Assembly (NCBI GenBank): GCA_039801725.1
Contig: JBDRVE010000002.1
Coordinates: 336 to 64,335, forward strand
Length of the DNA stretch: 64,000 bases
Origin: a candidate division WOR-3 bacterium
GTDB lineage: Bacteria > Hydrothermota > Tepidihabitantia > Tepidihabitantales > DTDR01
Direction: 5' to 3'
Shown here piece after piece: positions 29,944 to 39,400 of this stretch. Each line of letters begins with the position of its first letter. Within the stretch, counting starts at the first letter, position 1. The notes under the pieces are model-generated. The model had not been told where the DNA came from. It ran no database searches and worked only from the letters and a program-made list of their open reading frames with translations. The translations under genes and the position numbers were made by a program.

Positions 29944-31191
29944 ATGAAAAAAGAAATAATTACTACCATAGATTTGGGAATTACTACCATAAAATGTCTA
30001 ATTAGTGAAACTGATTTACAAGAACGAATTCACATTTTAGGATTTGGTGAAGCAGAAGCAAAGGGATTTAGCAGAGGAGTGGTAATTGATAGTGATAAAG
30101 CCTGCGAATCTCTTAGATCAGCCATTACCGAAGCCGAGCAGAAAGCCAAAATTAAAGTAAAAAAAACAAAAATAGTGGCTGGTCTACAAGGAGAATATAT
30201 AAAGGAATTAAGGGGTGAAAGTGGAAAGGATGATTTTACTCGGACTGTGCAAAAAGTTCAAGAAGAAGATATTATAGAAATAAAAAGAAAGATCCAAAAA
30301 ATTCATCTGCCCCAAGAGTTAGTTATATGGCAGTTAATTCCCTTAGAATACACCATTGATGGAGTAGAAGGAATAACTCAACCTTTAAAAATGTCGGTTT
30401 TTAATAAATTAACTTTAAAAGCATTGTTATTGACTATTCCTCGCAGCAGTCTAAAAACGATTATTGAAATTTTTTATGAATTGGAATTAAAAAAATTCGA
30501 ATTTGTCTTTCAAAACGCTGTAATTGGTTTAGGAGTATGTGAGGAAGACGAGTTAACCAAGGGAGTAGCGATTTTAGATATTGGCGGCGGAGTAAATTTT
30601 GGGATTTATAAAAATGGAGAATATCAAATTGGTTTTAATCTGCCAATTGGTGGAGTATCTATTACTAATGATATTGCTGTGGTGTTTTTGACTCCTTTTC
30701 CTTATGCTGAAAAAATTAAAAAAGAATACGGTATGGCTTCTCGGGAGAATGTAATAGAGGATCTGCCAATAGAAATAATTAATCATTCAGGTAAAACTAA
30801 AAGACGAATAACCCAAAGTCAATTATCGGAGGTTATTGAATATCGGCTACGAGAAATTTTATATTTAACAAAACAAGAATACGAAAAAATAAAAAATGGA
30901 AAAATTCTACCCTTAAGTATTGTGGTTACTGGTGGTGTAGCAAATACTCCCGGAATTGAGAGGTTAGTGGAAGAAATATTCTCTTTGCCTACGAGAGTTG
31001 GCTTTGCGCCTTCTGTGAGAGATAAGATTTTTCCCAGTGATTTTATTAATCCAAGATTTGCCACTTTAATTGGTTTAGTGGAATATAAATTAAAAAAGAA
31101 GAACTATTTACCAATTAAAGAAATGGATATTTTTGATAAAATAAAAAACTGGATAAAAAAGAGATTTACTTCCATTTTAGGAGAAGAATAA
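29944..31191 (+). CDS. ftsA: cell division protein FtsA
   Basis: Actin-like ATPase (DLGITTIKC, DIGGGV). Confidence 0.8.
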   Translation: MKKEIITTIDLGITTIKCLISETDLQERIHILGFGEAEAKGFSRGVVIDSDKACESLRSAITEAEQKAKIKVKKTKIVAGLQGEYIKELRGESGKDDFTRTVQKVQEEDIIEIKRKIQKIHLPQELVIWQLIPLEYTIDGVEGITQPLKMSVFNKLTLKALLLTIPRSSLKTIIEIFYELELKKFEFVFQNAVIGLGVCEEDELTKGVAILDIGGGVNFGIYKNGEYQIGFNLPIGGVSITNDIAVVFLTPFPYAEKIKKEYGMASRENVIEDLPIEIINHSGKTKRRITQSQLSEVIEYRLREILYLTKQEYEKIKNGKILPLSIVVTGGVANTPGIERLVEEIFSLPTRVGFAPSVRDKIFPSDFINPRFATLIGLVEYKLKKKNYLPIKEMDIFDKIKNWIKKRFTSILGEE

Positions 31192-31204
31192 AAAGGAGGG
31201 AGAT

Positions 31205-32311
31205 ATGATTTATCCTTGTGAGAGAATCCAAAAATTAAAAATGAAAATTTTTGGAATTGGCGGTGGGGGCGGCAATATTTTGAATACTTTAATAAAATAC
31301 CATCGCCAATTAAATTTTCAACTAGTGAATACTTGTTTAGAATATTTTGCATTCAATACTGATTTGATCGCATTGAAAAATTCTTTGGCAATAAATAAAG
31401 TTCAATTAGGGAAAAATTTGACCAGAGGATTTGGTTCTGGCGGCAAACCAGAGGTAGGCGAACAGGCAGCAATAGAAAGCGAAGAAGAGATTCGACAAAA
31501 GATTAGAAATACTGATTTATTAATATTGATTTCTTGTTTGGGTAAAGGTACTGGCAGCGGAGTCACGCCAAAAATTGCTGAATGGGCACGCGAAGAAAAT
31601 GTTTTAACATTAGTAATAACTGTTAAACCTTTTAATTATGAAGGTCACGCAATTAATATGATTGCTCGAAATTCTTTAGAAAAAATTGAGAATTTCTCTT
31701 CTTCCGTAATTGTGGTTTCTAATACTCAGGTAAAGAAGAAATTAGGCAATATCCAGGTAGAAGAGGCTTTTCAAAGGATAAATGAGATATTGGCCATGGG
31801 ACTTACTGATTTAATAAAAATTATTGATAATTCTCACTTAATAGGAATAGATTTTGCTGATATAAAAAACATAATTGAAGAAAAGGGTAGGGGTGCACTC
31901 GTTGTTGGTGAAGAAAAAGATCCTCAGAAAGTTTGTGAGGCCATATTTGATTCGCCCTTATTTGATAACAAAATTGAATATGCCAAAAATCTTTTGGTTT
32001 GGGTTTGCGGTGACGAATCAGTGACCTTAGAAACGGTTAGTGAGATTTGTGAAAAGATTTCTAAGAAAGTAAATAATAATACAAAAATTAGGTTTACCTT
32101 TTTAAAGGATAAAAGCATAGATAAAATACGGGCAGGATTTTTTGCCTCCGGACTTTTTAAAGAAGCGATTGATGAATGGGAAAAGGATCTGATTATAGAA
32201 AAATTACAAGAAGAAAAAATCGAGGAAGAGTTAAATTTAGTTATGCCCATTGAAAAAAAGGTAGATAAAAATAATTTAACCTTACCAACAATATTTAGAA
32301 TGTTGTTGTGA
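31205..32311 (+). CDS. ftsZ: cell division protein FtsZ (divergent signature GKGTGSG)
   Basis: GIGGGGGN; T4 loop GKGTGSG instead of GGGTGTG; T7 NLIGIDFADI. AAGGAGG RBS 6 nt upstream. C-terminal peptide LTLPTIFRML. Confidence 0.8.
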   Translation: MIYPCERIQKLKMKIFGIGGGGGNILNTLIKYHRQLNFQLVNTCLEYFAFNTDLIALKNSLAINKVQLGKNLTRGFGSGGKPEVGEQAAIESEEEIRQKIRNTDLLILISCLGKGTGSGVTPKIAEWAREENVLTLVITVKPFNYEGHAINMIARNSLEKIENFSSSVIVVSNTQVKKKLGNIQVEEAFQRINEILAMGLTDLIKIIDNSHLIGIDFADIKNIIEEKGRGALVVGEEKDPQKVCEAIFDSPLFDNKIEYAKNLLVWVCGDESVTLETVSEICEKISKKVNNNTKIRFTFLKDKSIDKIRAGFFASGLFKEAIDEWEKDLIIEKLQEEKIEEELNLVMPIEKKVDKNNLTLPTIFRMLL

Positions 32312-32312
32312 T

Positions 32313-32537
32313 TTATTTGTAACGATAAATAATTCGACCTCGGGTCAAATCGTAAGGTGAAAGTTCAACAGTTACGCGGTCACCTTTTACTATTTTAATA
32401 AAATGGATTCTCATTTTACCTGATACGTGAGCTAAGACAATATGGCCATTATCTAATTGTACGCGGAAGAAAGCATTTGGCAACACTTCAATAACGGTTC
32501 CGTCTACTTGGATAACATTCTTTTTTTCTTTACTCAT
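32313..32537 (-). CDS. infA: translation initiation factor IF-1
   Basis: 74-aa S1-like OB fold with a typical IF-1 sequence. Confidence 0.9.
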   Translation of the reverse strand: MSKEKKNVIQVDGTVIEVLPNAFFRVQLDNGHIVLAHVSGKMRIHFIKIVKGDRVTVELSPYDLTRGRIIYRYK

Positions 32538-33285
32538 CGATTGTTAAAATTTCTGCTTTTCTTTTGCCTACTAAAATGGTGTGTTCAAAGTGGGCTGAAC
32601 AACTATTATCAGCAGTTACAATTGTCCAACCATTTTTTTTGGTGAAAACCTTTTCTGTTCCTAAATTTACCATTGGTTCAACTGCTAATGTCATTCCAGC
32701 TTTTAAGATTACCCCATTCATCTGAGGAGAATAGTAATTAGGAACAATTGGATCCTCGTGAAGTTGCAAACCGACTCCGTGACCAGATAATTCACGAACA
32801 ACAAAAAAGCCATTTTTTTCTACATAGTCTTGAATTTTTTTACTGATTGCCGATAAAGGATTATTTTCATAGGCTTCCTCAATTCCTAAATAAAGTGCTT
32901 TTTCTGTCACTTCCACTAAATGTTTAATTTTTGGGGAAACTTTTTTGCAGATAAAGGTTTTGGCACCATCCGCATAATAGCCATCTTTTTTAACACCGAC
33001 ATCAATTTTAACAACATCACCCTCTTCTAATATTCGATCATCGGGGATTCCATGCACCACTTCTTCATTTAAACTAATACAAATAGCCGAAGGAAATCCT
33101 TTATAGCCCAGAAAAGCAGGATAAGCATTTTGAGCATAAATAAAATCGGCGCAAATTTTTTCAATTTCTTTTAAACTTATTCCTGGTCTTATTTCCTTTT
33201 CAATTAATTTCAAGGTTTTAGCAACAATTTTTCCTGCTTCTCTTATTTTGTCAATTTCTTTTTTTGATTTAATATAAATTGCCAT
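32530..33285 (-). CDS. map: methionine aminopeptidase type I
   Basis: Pita-bread fold with metal ligands D, D, H, E, E in a conserved context. Confidence 0.85.
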   Translation of the reverse strand: MAIYIKSKKEIDKIREAGKIVAKTLKLIEKEIRPGISLKEIEKICADFIYAQNAYPAFLGYKGFPSAICISLNEEVVHGIPDDRILEEGDVVKIDVGVKKDGYYADGAKTFICKKVSPKIKHLVEVTEKALYLGIEEAYENNPLSAISKKIQDYVEKNGFFVVRELSGHGVGLQLHEDPIVPNYYSPQMNGVILKAGMTLAVEPMVNLGTEKVFTKKNGWTIVTADNSCSAHFEHTILVGKRKAEILTIDE

Positions 33286-33925
33286 AGTTTTTTATCATTC
33301 TTATAATTTCTGAATAAACATAGTCTCTTCCTAAATTGCCATTTATTCGATATAATTTGTTTTTTTGTTCATAATAGGCAATTAATGGTGCCGTATCTTT
33401 ATAGTAAATTGTAATTCTTTCCCTTATCACTTCTTCATTATCATCTTTTCTTTGGATTAATTGGCCACCACACAGGTCACAGATATTTTCTATTTTTGGT
33501 TTTTTGAAATTCAAATTATAAATGGCCCCACAATTTTCACACACCCTTCGTGAGGTTAATCTTTTAATAATTTCCTCTTCTGCTAATTCAATAAGAAAAC
33601 AGAAATTCACTTTCTGATTTTTTTCTTCGAGAAATTGGTCTAAAGAGATTGCTTGCCGAATCGTGCGGGGATAACCGTCAAAAACAATTTTTTTATCACA
33701 ATTTTCTTTTAAGAAAGCCTCAACGATTTCAATCACAATTTCATCAGGCACTAATAAACCCTTTTCCAGATAATGTTGAACTTTTTTTCCTAAAGAGGTT
33801 TGGTTAGCAATTTCCTGACGAAAAAAATCACCGGTAGAAAAATGATAAAATCCTTCTTTTTCCTTTAACAATTCCGCCTGTGTACCTTTGCCACTTCCTG
33901 GCGGTCCAAATAATACTATTTTCAT
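33269..33925 (-). CDS. adk: adenylate kinase (zinc-lid type)
   Basis: GPPGSGKGTQ P-loop; CENCG...CDLCGG lid. Confidence 0.9.
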   Translation of the reverse strand: MKIVLFGPPGSGKGTQAELLKEKEGFYHFSTGDFFRQEIANQTSLGKKVQHYLEKGLLVPDEIVIEIVEAFLKENCDKKIVFDGYPRTIRQAISLDQFLEEKNQKVNFCFLIELAEEEIIKRLTSRRVCENCGAIYNLNFKKPKIENICDLCGGQLIQRKDDNEEVIRERITIYYKDTAPLIAYYEQKNKLYRINGNLGRDYVYSEIIRMIKNYGNLY

Positions 33926-34005
33926 TAAATAATTTTAATTAAATAAAAAGATTTATCAAGATTTCTTTATTTGATTTTTAAAAAAGGTTACATAGAATTT
34001 AAACT

Positions 34006-34446
34006 ATGGAGAAAATAATGATTAGATGGATGAGAGAAAAAGATTTGGACGAAGTTTTAAGGATTGAAAAAGAGAATTTTAAATTTCCTTGGAAAAAAAG
34101 TTATTTTGATTATGATTTAAGAAGACCTAATACTTACTGTTTAGTGGCAGAAGTGGATAATAAAATAGTAGGGTATTTGGTGGCTTGGGAAATAGTGGAT
34201 GAATTACATTTAGCAAATATTTCGGTAGATAAAAATTATCAAAGAAAAGGGATTGGTACAAGATTGATGAATGAAATTATTACCATTGCTCGTTTAAGAG
34301 ATATGAAAAAAATTTATTTAGAAACAAGAGTTTCCAACTTAGTTGCCCAAAAGTTTTATCAAAAATTAGGTTTTAAATATAGTTATTTAAGAAAAGGCTA
34401 TTATAGTGATGGTGAAGATGCCTGGATAATGGAGAAAGACCTGTAA
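34006..34446 (+). CDS. rimI: GNAT N-acetyltransferase (RimI-like)
   Basis: QRKGIGTRLM acetyl-CoA motif; 146 aa. Confidence 0.55.
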   Translation: MEKIMIRWMREKDLDEVLRIEKENFKFPWKKSYFDYDLRRPNTYCLVAEVDNKIVGYLVAWEIVDELHLANISVDKNYQRKGIGTRLMNEIITIARLRDMKKIYLETRVSNLVAQKFYQKLGFKYSYLRKGYYSDGEDAWIMEKDL

Positions 34447-34447
34447 A

Positions 34448-34966
34448 TTATTGATACTGATTATAGCAAACAATTTCAGAAAGAGGTTTTCTTGGTCGTG
34501 GTAGTGGCTCTTCGTTAGGGTATCCTAAAGGAGTTAAGGCAATGATTTTTACATCTTCGGGACATTTTAAAATTCTTTTTACTTCCTTTTCGTCATAAGC
34601 ACCGATCCAACAGGTTCCTAAACCTTCGTTAGCAGCTGCTAAGATAATATGTTCCATAGCAATCGCACAGTCAACCGGATAGGAACTCCAATAGCCTCCC
34701 ATCCTTCCCCAAGCAATTTTTTCTAAGGCAACAACACAGATAACAATTGGTGCCTCGGCAATAAATTTCTGATTCCGACAAGCAGAGACTAATTCTTCCT
34801 TAATTTTGGGATCATCAATTACAATAAATTTCCACGGTTGGATATTCTTTGCCGAAGGGGCTAAGCGGCCAGCTTCTAAAATTTTTTCTAAAACTTCTTT
34901 AGGGATTGGGTCTGGTTTGTAACTTCTAATACTTTTTCTTCTTTTGATTACTTCGTAAAATTCCAT
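34448..34966 (-). CDS. nitroreductase-family flavoprotein
   Basis: RRSIRSY...PSAKNIQPWKFIV. Confidence 0.7.
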   Translation of the reverse strand: MEFYEVIKRRKSIRSYKPDPIPKEVLEKILEAGRLAPSAKNIQPWKFIVIDDPKIKEELVSACRNQKFIAEAPIVICVVALEKIAWGRMGGYWSSYPVDCAIAMEHIILAAANEGLGTCWIGAYDEKEVKRILKCPEDVKIIALTPLGYPNEEPLPRPRKPLSEIVCYNQYQ

Positions 34967-34983
34967 AATTTTTAATCTATTTA

Positions 34984-35056
34984 AGCGCCTGACGCGATTT
35001 GAACGCGCGACCTGCGGATCCGGAGTCCGCCGCTCTATCCACTGAGCTACAGGCGC
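34984..35056 (-). tRNA. tRNA-Arg (anticodon CCG)
   Basis: Folded by hand. Acceptor GCGCCTG/CAGGCGC, D-arm GCTCAGTGGATAGAGC, anticodon stem GCGGA/TCCGC with loop CTCCGGA, T-arm GCGCGTTCAAATCGCGT. CCA is not encoded. Confidence 0.85.
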
Positions 35057-35117
35057 TTTTGAATAATTTTAACCTCTTTTCCTAAAAAGTCAAATTTTTA
35101 AAATTACTATAAAGACT

Positions 35118-38099
35118 TTAAAAATAAAGTCGCGAAGAGAAATTAATTTTAACCTCTTGCTCTTTAAATCCTTCTTTTAGATAGTTAAATTCCCAGGTAA
35201 AAGAGAGATTTTGGTTGAGATTTTTGCTAAGTAAAATGGAAAAATTATAAGAAAATCCTTTGGGTTCATAATAAGCTAATTCTAAGGGCAAAATTTCTTT
35301 GGGGTAAATTCGATAGATTATTTCTAAAAAGGTAGTTAAATAGAGATTTTTTAAGATTTCGTTATTTTTTTCTAAAGTGAGACTGGTTTTTTTAATTAAA
35401 TAATCTTTTCTAAATGGTAGAAAATATTGATAATAAATAAAGAAGATACCTGGTTTTAAGTTTAAATTATAATTTTCTTTTAATTCCCATAAATTAGAAA
35501 ATCCATAAGTTTTTCCTTTTTGATAATAAAATTCGCCTTTTCTCTTTTCCTCCTTTTCAAATTGGAGAACCTGTGTAAGACTTAATGATTTTGATAGTTC
35601 TTTTTTAAGAGTAAGGAGATTTTGTACCCCTTTATTTTTGGGATTTTCGTATATTAGATCTTTATTTTCTTTTTGATAATAATTTATTTTGTAATTTATC
35701 AGAAAATTTTCTTTGATATAATAATCGGTCAGGAATTGGCAATCTAAATTTTTAGGATAAGTAAAATTGGAAGAAAAACTTATTTTTAACTTTTTTATTG
35801 GCAACCAACAAAAACTGTGATTAAATTCGGCTTTGGAAATTCTTTTCCCTTTTCTTAAAGGAATAATTTCTTTTAAATATTCACCAAGAGAATCAGGATA
35901 ATATTCATTAGTTATCGTATCTTTTGAATAATTACCTTCCCCTTTTTTCACTTTAACAAATCTTATCTCTTTAATAACTTCTTCTTCGTTAGTAAATTTT
36001 TTAGAAAAACTAAATTGGAAAACATTTTTAAAAGAATAATTAAAATCAAAATCAGAAAAAAAGGAGTTTTCAAAAAAACCAATGATAAAAGAGGCTTTGG
36101 GATTATTTTGATTGGTGATACCCAATTTAGTAATTTTCTTTTTATTTAAATGATTTTTTTCTGTTTCCCTTTCATAAGTTAAAAAAAATTTACTTTCCTT
36201 AAAATAAAAATTGATACCCCAGCAATGGGTTAAAAAATAATTATTAGTATCCTTTCGGTAAGTAAAAGAATAGGTTGGATTAAAAGAATGGTAGGTTGGT
36301 GATGTGACAAAAGAAAAGATATTTCTATTGTAATAATCCTTCTTTAAAGAAATTTCATTGAAAAAGAAGTTAAATTTACTAACTCCAAAATAATCCCAGT
36401 TTTTTTCCTTTTTTATCAATTCTAATTTATTAAGAAAACTTAAACTTTTAACAGGCGAAAAATTTATTTGAAAAGATGTTCTATTTTTCAAAGGGAAATT
36501 AAAGAATTCTTCATTTTTTAATTGAGAAAGAATTTGGTAATTTTTAAATAGGTGAAGATTTTTAAAAGATAAAAAGATTTTTTCGCTTTGATAGGAAAAA
36601 GCAAAATTTGTTCCGTAACCATAACAATTTGTATCACCATAGGGTGAAAAAATATTTTCATCTTTTTTATTTACCATTCCACCAACTTGAATATTTAAAT
36701 TTTCATTAATCGGTATTTCCAAATTAATTGAAGTAAAAAGATTTTCTTTTGGTAAATCTATTTTAGAGTAGGGAAGATATTTTCCCTTGTTTTTACCAAC
36801 ATAATAATAACAATTTTTTATATTATCATAATCATAATCTCCTAAACTTTCACCAACAAAGGTAAAATTTACCAGATAACTACCATTATTTTCGCCGACA
36901 TAGAAAAATATCTCACCCTCTTTTTCATAATCACCCTTATTTTTGCCAACATAGCGAAAAGAATTTATGTAAGCCTTTGCTGTATCGTTGCCAATTTTGG
37001 TAAGATAGTTTTTTATTTCCTTATCAAAAAATTCTCTTTTATTCTTATCCTTTTCCCAATAATAACTTATATTAGTTTTTATTGGCAGGCGAGTAGTCAA
37101 AAGAGTTAAACAATAGTTATCTTTTTCGTAAATTTCTTCTTCGTATAAAAAATCTATTTCAATAAGATTGCGGGAGGTAATGATCCAACGATTAGTAAAA
37201 CTTATAAAACCAAATTCGTAATCAATTAAATAATCTTCATTATTACCCCTTTTTAACAGTTTGCCATCTAAATATACCCTCTCACTATTTGGTAAGATTT
37301 TTATCGATTTATCCTTTTTTAGATAGTAAGGTCCTTGGATAAAATCTTTACCATAAAATTGTATCTTTTCATATTTAAAAGGAGTTGTTAAATAATGAAA
37401 ATAAAGGGTTTCATAAAGATTTGTTTGAAAAAAAGATGCTCCTATACCTTGAGAAGAAAGTCTTCCAAAATGGGAAAAATCTATTTCTTTACCTTGATTT
37501 CCCCAAGTTAAAGAAAGGCTTTTTGTTTTCATTTTCAAATAAGAATTGTCCATCTCTTTTACTGATAAACCCTCTTCTTTATTTTCTTTGCCATTAAAGA
37601 AGCCTTCAAAATTTATTTCATCCACATTACCATTTAAGGAGAAATTTGTTTGCTGATTAAGATTTATCCCTTCTTTATTGTGATAATTTAATTTGATCTC
37701 TTTTTCTCCTTCTAAAATAATATCATTAAAACTGGTATTAAAAGAAGTATCAGTTATTAAAGGAGAGATAGCAGAAAGGGAATCAGATTCTATTTTCTTT
37801 ATAATAGGAGGTGATAGAAAGGGGATTGAAAAAGGCAAATAAAAATAGATAATTTTAAGGGTACAGGGAAGTAAAGATGGCAACTTTTTTATCTCAATGA
37901 CCCCTTTTTCATAATTAATAAAATAACCATCTTTTTTAACAAATTCTTTTTGAAAATAAAGGGTTTCTGAATTTTTTATAATTGGATAATTCTTTAGATA
38001 AATTGTTAAATAATTATTATTTATATTATTTATTATAAAAGTCTCTTCCCTTTTCAAATTGAAGAAGAGATAAAAACAGAAGAAAAAAAGGTTCATCAA
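35118..38099 (-). CDS. large (993 aa) N/K/Y-rich secreted protein, putative outer-membrane beta-barrel, with internal YVGKNKGxY-type repeats
   Basis: Hydrophobic N-terminus. C-terminal ...RLYF (terminal Phe, typical of an OMP beta-signal). Repeats YVGKNKGDY / YVGENNGSY / FVGESLGDY / YVGKNKGKY. No family assignable. Confidence 0.45.
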   Translation of the reverse strand: MMNLFFFCFYLFFNLKREETFIINNINNNYLTIYLKNYPIIKNSETLYFQKEFVKKDGYFINYEKGVIEIKKLPSLLPCTLKIIYFYLPFSIPFLSPPIIKKIESDSLSAISPLITDTSFNTSFNDIILEGEKEIKLNYHNKEGINLNQQTNFSLNGNVDEINFEGFFNGKENKEEGLSVKEMDNSYLKMKTKSLSLTWGNQGKEIDFSHFGRLSSQGIGASFFQTNLYETLYFHYLTTPFKYEKIQFYGKDFIQGPYYLKKDKSIKILPNSERVYLDGKLLKRGNNEDYLIDYEFGFISFTNRWIITSRNLIEIDFLYEEEIYEKDNYCLTLLTTRLPIKTNISYYWEKDKNKREFFDKEIKNYLTKIGNDTAKAYINSFRYVGKNKGDYEKEGEIFFYVGENNGSYLVNFTFVGESLGDYDYDNIKNCYYYVGKNKGKYLPYSKIDLPKENLFTSINLEIPINENLNIQVGGMVNKKDENIFSPYGDTNCYGYGTNFAFSYQSEKIFLSFKNLHLFKNYQILSQLKNEEFFNFPLKNRTSFQINFSPVKSLSFLNKLELIKKEKNWDYFGVSKFNFFFNEISLKKDYYNRNIFSFVTSPTYHSFNPTYSFTYRKDTNNYFLTHCWGINFYFKESKFFLTYERETEKNHLNKKKITKLGITNQNNPKASFIIGFFENSFFSDFDFNYSFKNVFQFSFSKKFTNEEEVIKEIRFVKVKKGEGNYSKDTITNEYYPDSLGEYLKEIIPLRKGKRISKAEFNHSFCWLPIKKLKISFSSNFTYPKNLDCQFLTDYYIKENFLINYKINYYQKENKDLIYENPKNKGVQNLLTLKKELSKSLSLTQVLQFEKEEKRKGEFYYQKGKTYGFSNLWELKENYNLNLKPGIFFIYYQYFLPFRKDYLIKKTSLTLEKNNEILKNLYLTTFLEIIYRIYPKEILPLELAYYEPKGFSYNFSILLSKNLNQNLSFTWEFNYLKEGFKEQEVKINFSSRLYF

Positions 38100-38160
38100 A
38101 TAAAATTTTAATTTTATATAACTTTAAAGTCAATTAATTAAATATATTCTACTATTTCCC

Positions 38161-38188
38161 TTGACATTTTAAAATTTTTGCCTATATT
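38161..38188 (+). promoter_or_regulatory. orphan consensus promoter TTGACA-16-TATATT, about 570 bp upstream of the next plus-strand gene
   Basis: Read directly. Followed by a 10-codon mini-ORF, G5 runs and 24-bp tandem repeats. Confidence 0.4.
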
Positions 38189-38349
38189 TGTATTAGTTAT
38201 GTTTATAGAACGTTATAAATTCTTAATAGAAATATTTAAAAATGGGAAAAAATTTGCACAGAAGAAGAAAAACCTAATGAGGGGGTAATAGGGGGTAGGT
38301 GTATCATACGGGAATATTTTTAACTCTATTAGTGTTAATAATAATATTT

Positions 38350-38409
38350 TTATTAATGGTAATAACAATAACTTTATTAAGGCGAATAACAATAATCTTA
38401 TTAATGGCC
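38350..38409 (+). repeat. 24-bp imperfect tandem repeat x2.5 (ttattaatggtaataacaataact / ttattaaggcgaataacaataatc / ttattaatggcc)
   Basis: Read directly. Confidence 0.8.
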
Positions 38410-38761
38410 TTATAAATAAGCGGATTTTTAAGAATTTCGTAGTGCCTAAATAACTTATAGATATTAGACTATATAGATGAGTTTCCTATAAATGGAAAGA
38501 AAAGTAAAGCAAAATATAATAAATAATAAGAATAGTTAGGAGAACGATAAACCCACATAATAAAATGTTGCTTTATTCAGGATATTTTAGAAGATATTTA
38601 TTTGAGCATAAGCAAAAGGTTTTTAGGGCATTTTTATCCTGACATCCTTATTACTCTGGTAAACATCTTTTAATACATTTACTATTTTTATTGACTTTTT
38701 CTAAAATTTTGGTATTATAATTTAGTGATAAATTTTAAAAGGAGGAGAGTATAGGAAATAA

Positions 38762-39397
38762 ATGTGTTGTATGGAGAAGGAAGAAATCTATTATAAGCAT
38801 AAAAGATATTTAGATTTATTGTTACTTTTTTTCGTCTTCATCACTGTCGTTCCCTTATTTCTTTTAATTTTTTTAGCAATCAAACTATCTTCCCGCGGTC
38901 CTCTCTTTTATAAACATAAAAGAGTAGGAAAAAATGGCAGACCCTTTTATGTTTATAAGTTTCGCACTATGGTGGATGGTGCTGAGGCGCTACTACCTAA
39001 AATTTTAAAGAATAATCCTCAGGCGCGAGAAGAGTTTGAAAATGGGTACAAGTTAAAAAACGATCCAAGGGTAACACCTATTGGGAAAATATTAAGAAAG
39101 ACAAGTCTTGACGAGTTACCTCAATTAATAAATATCTTAAGAGGCGAAATGAGTTTTGTTGGACCAAGGCCAATTGTGGAAGAAGAAAAAGTGAAATACG
39201 GAGAATATTTACCTTTGCTTTTAAAAGAAAAACCTGGTTTGACAGGACTTTGGCAGGTTTCCGGTCGAAATAATCTTTCCTATGAAGAGCGGGTAGCCTT
39301 GGATATGGAATATATTCGCAAAAAGAGTTTACGTTTAGATATAAAAATTATTTTAAAAACTATTCCGGTACTCTTTTCGGGAAACGGAGCATATTGA
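38762..39397 (+). CDS. undecaprenyl-phosphate sugar phosphotransferase (bacterial sugar transferase, PglC/WbaP C-domain type)
   Basis: KRVGKNGRPFYVYKFRTM ... DELPQL...G.MS.VGPRP. Confidence 0.8.
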   Translation: MCCMEKEEIYYKHKRYLDLLLLFFVFITVVPLFLLIFLAIKLSSRGPLFYKHKRVGKNGRPFYVYKFRTMVDGAEALLPKILKNNPQAREEFENGYKLKNDPRVTPIGKILRKTSLDELPQLINILRGEMSFVGPRPIVEEEKVKYGEYLPLLLKEKPGLTGLWQVSGRNNLSYEERVALDMEYIRKKSLRLDIKIILKTIPVLFSGNGAY

Positions 39398-39400
39398 TAA

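Noticed and set aside
31205-31243. Alternative FtsZ start at the internal Met (MKIFGIGGGGG)
   Set aside because: A strong AAGGAGG RBS lies 6 nt before the ATG at 31205. I kept the longer form, but the true start is ambiguous.
34984-38099. tRNA-Arg plus giant OMP as a tRNA-integrated genomic island
   Set aside because: The OMP lies on the 5' side of the tRNA gene, whereas integrative elements insert at the 3' end. I saw no integrase and no direct repeat of the tRNA 3' end.
38350-38409. 24-bp tandem repeats as a CRISPR array
   Set aside because: There are only 2.5 contiguous copies with no intervening unique spacers and no cas genes nearby. This is a tandem repeat, not CRISPR.
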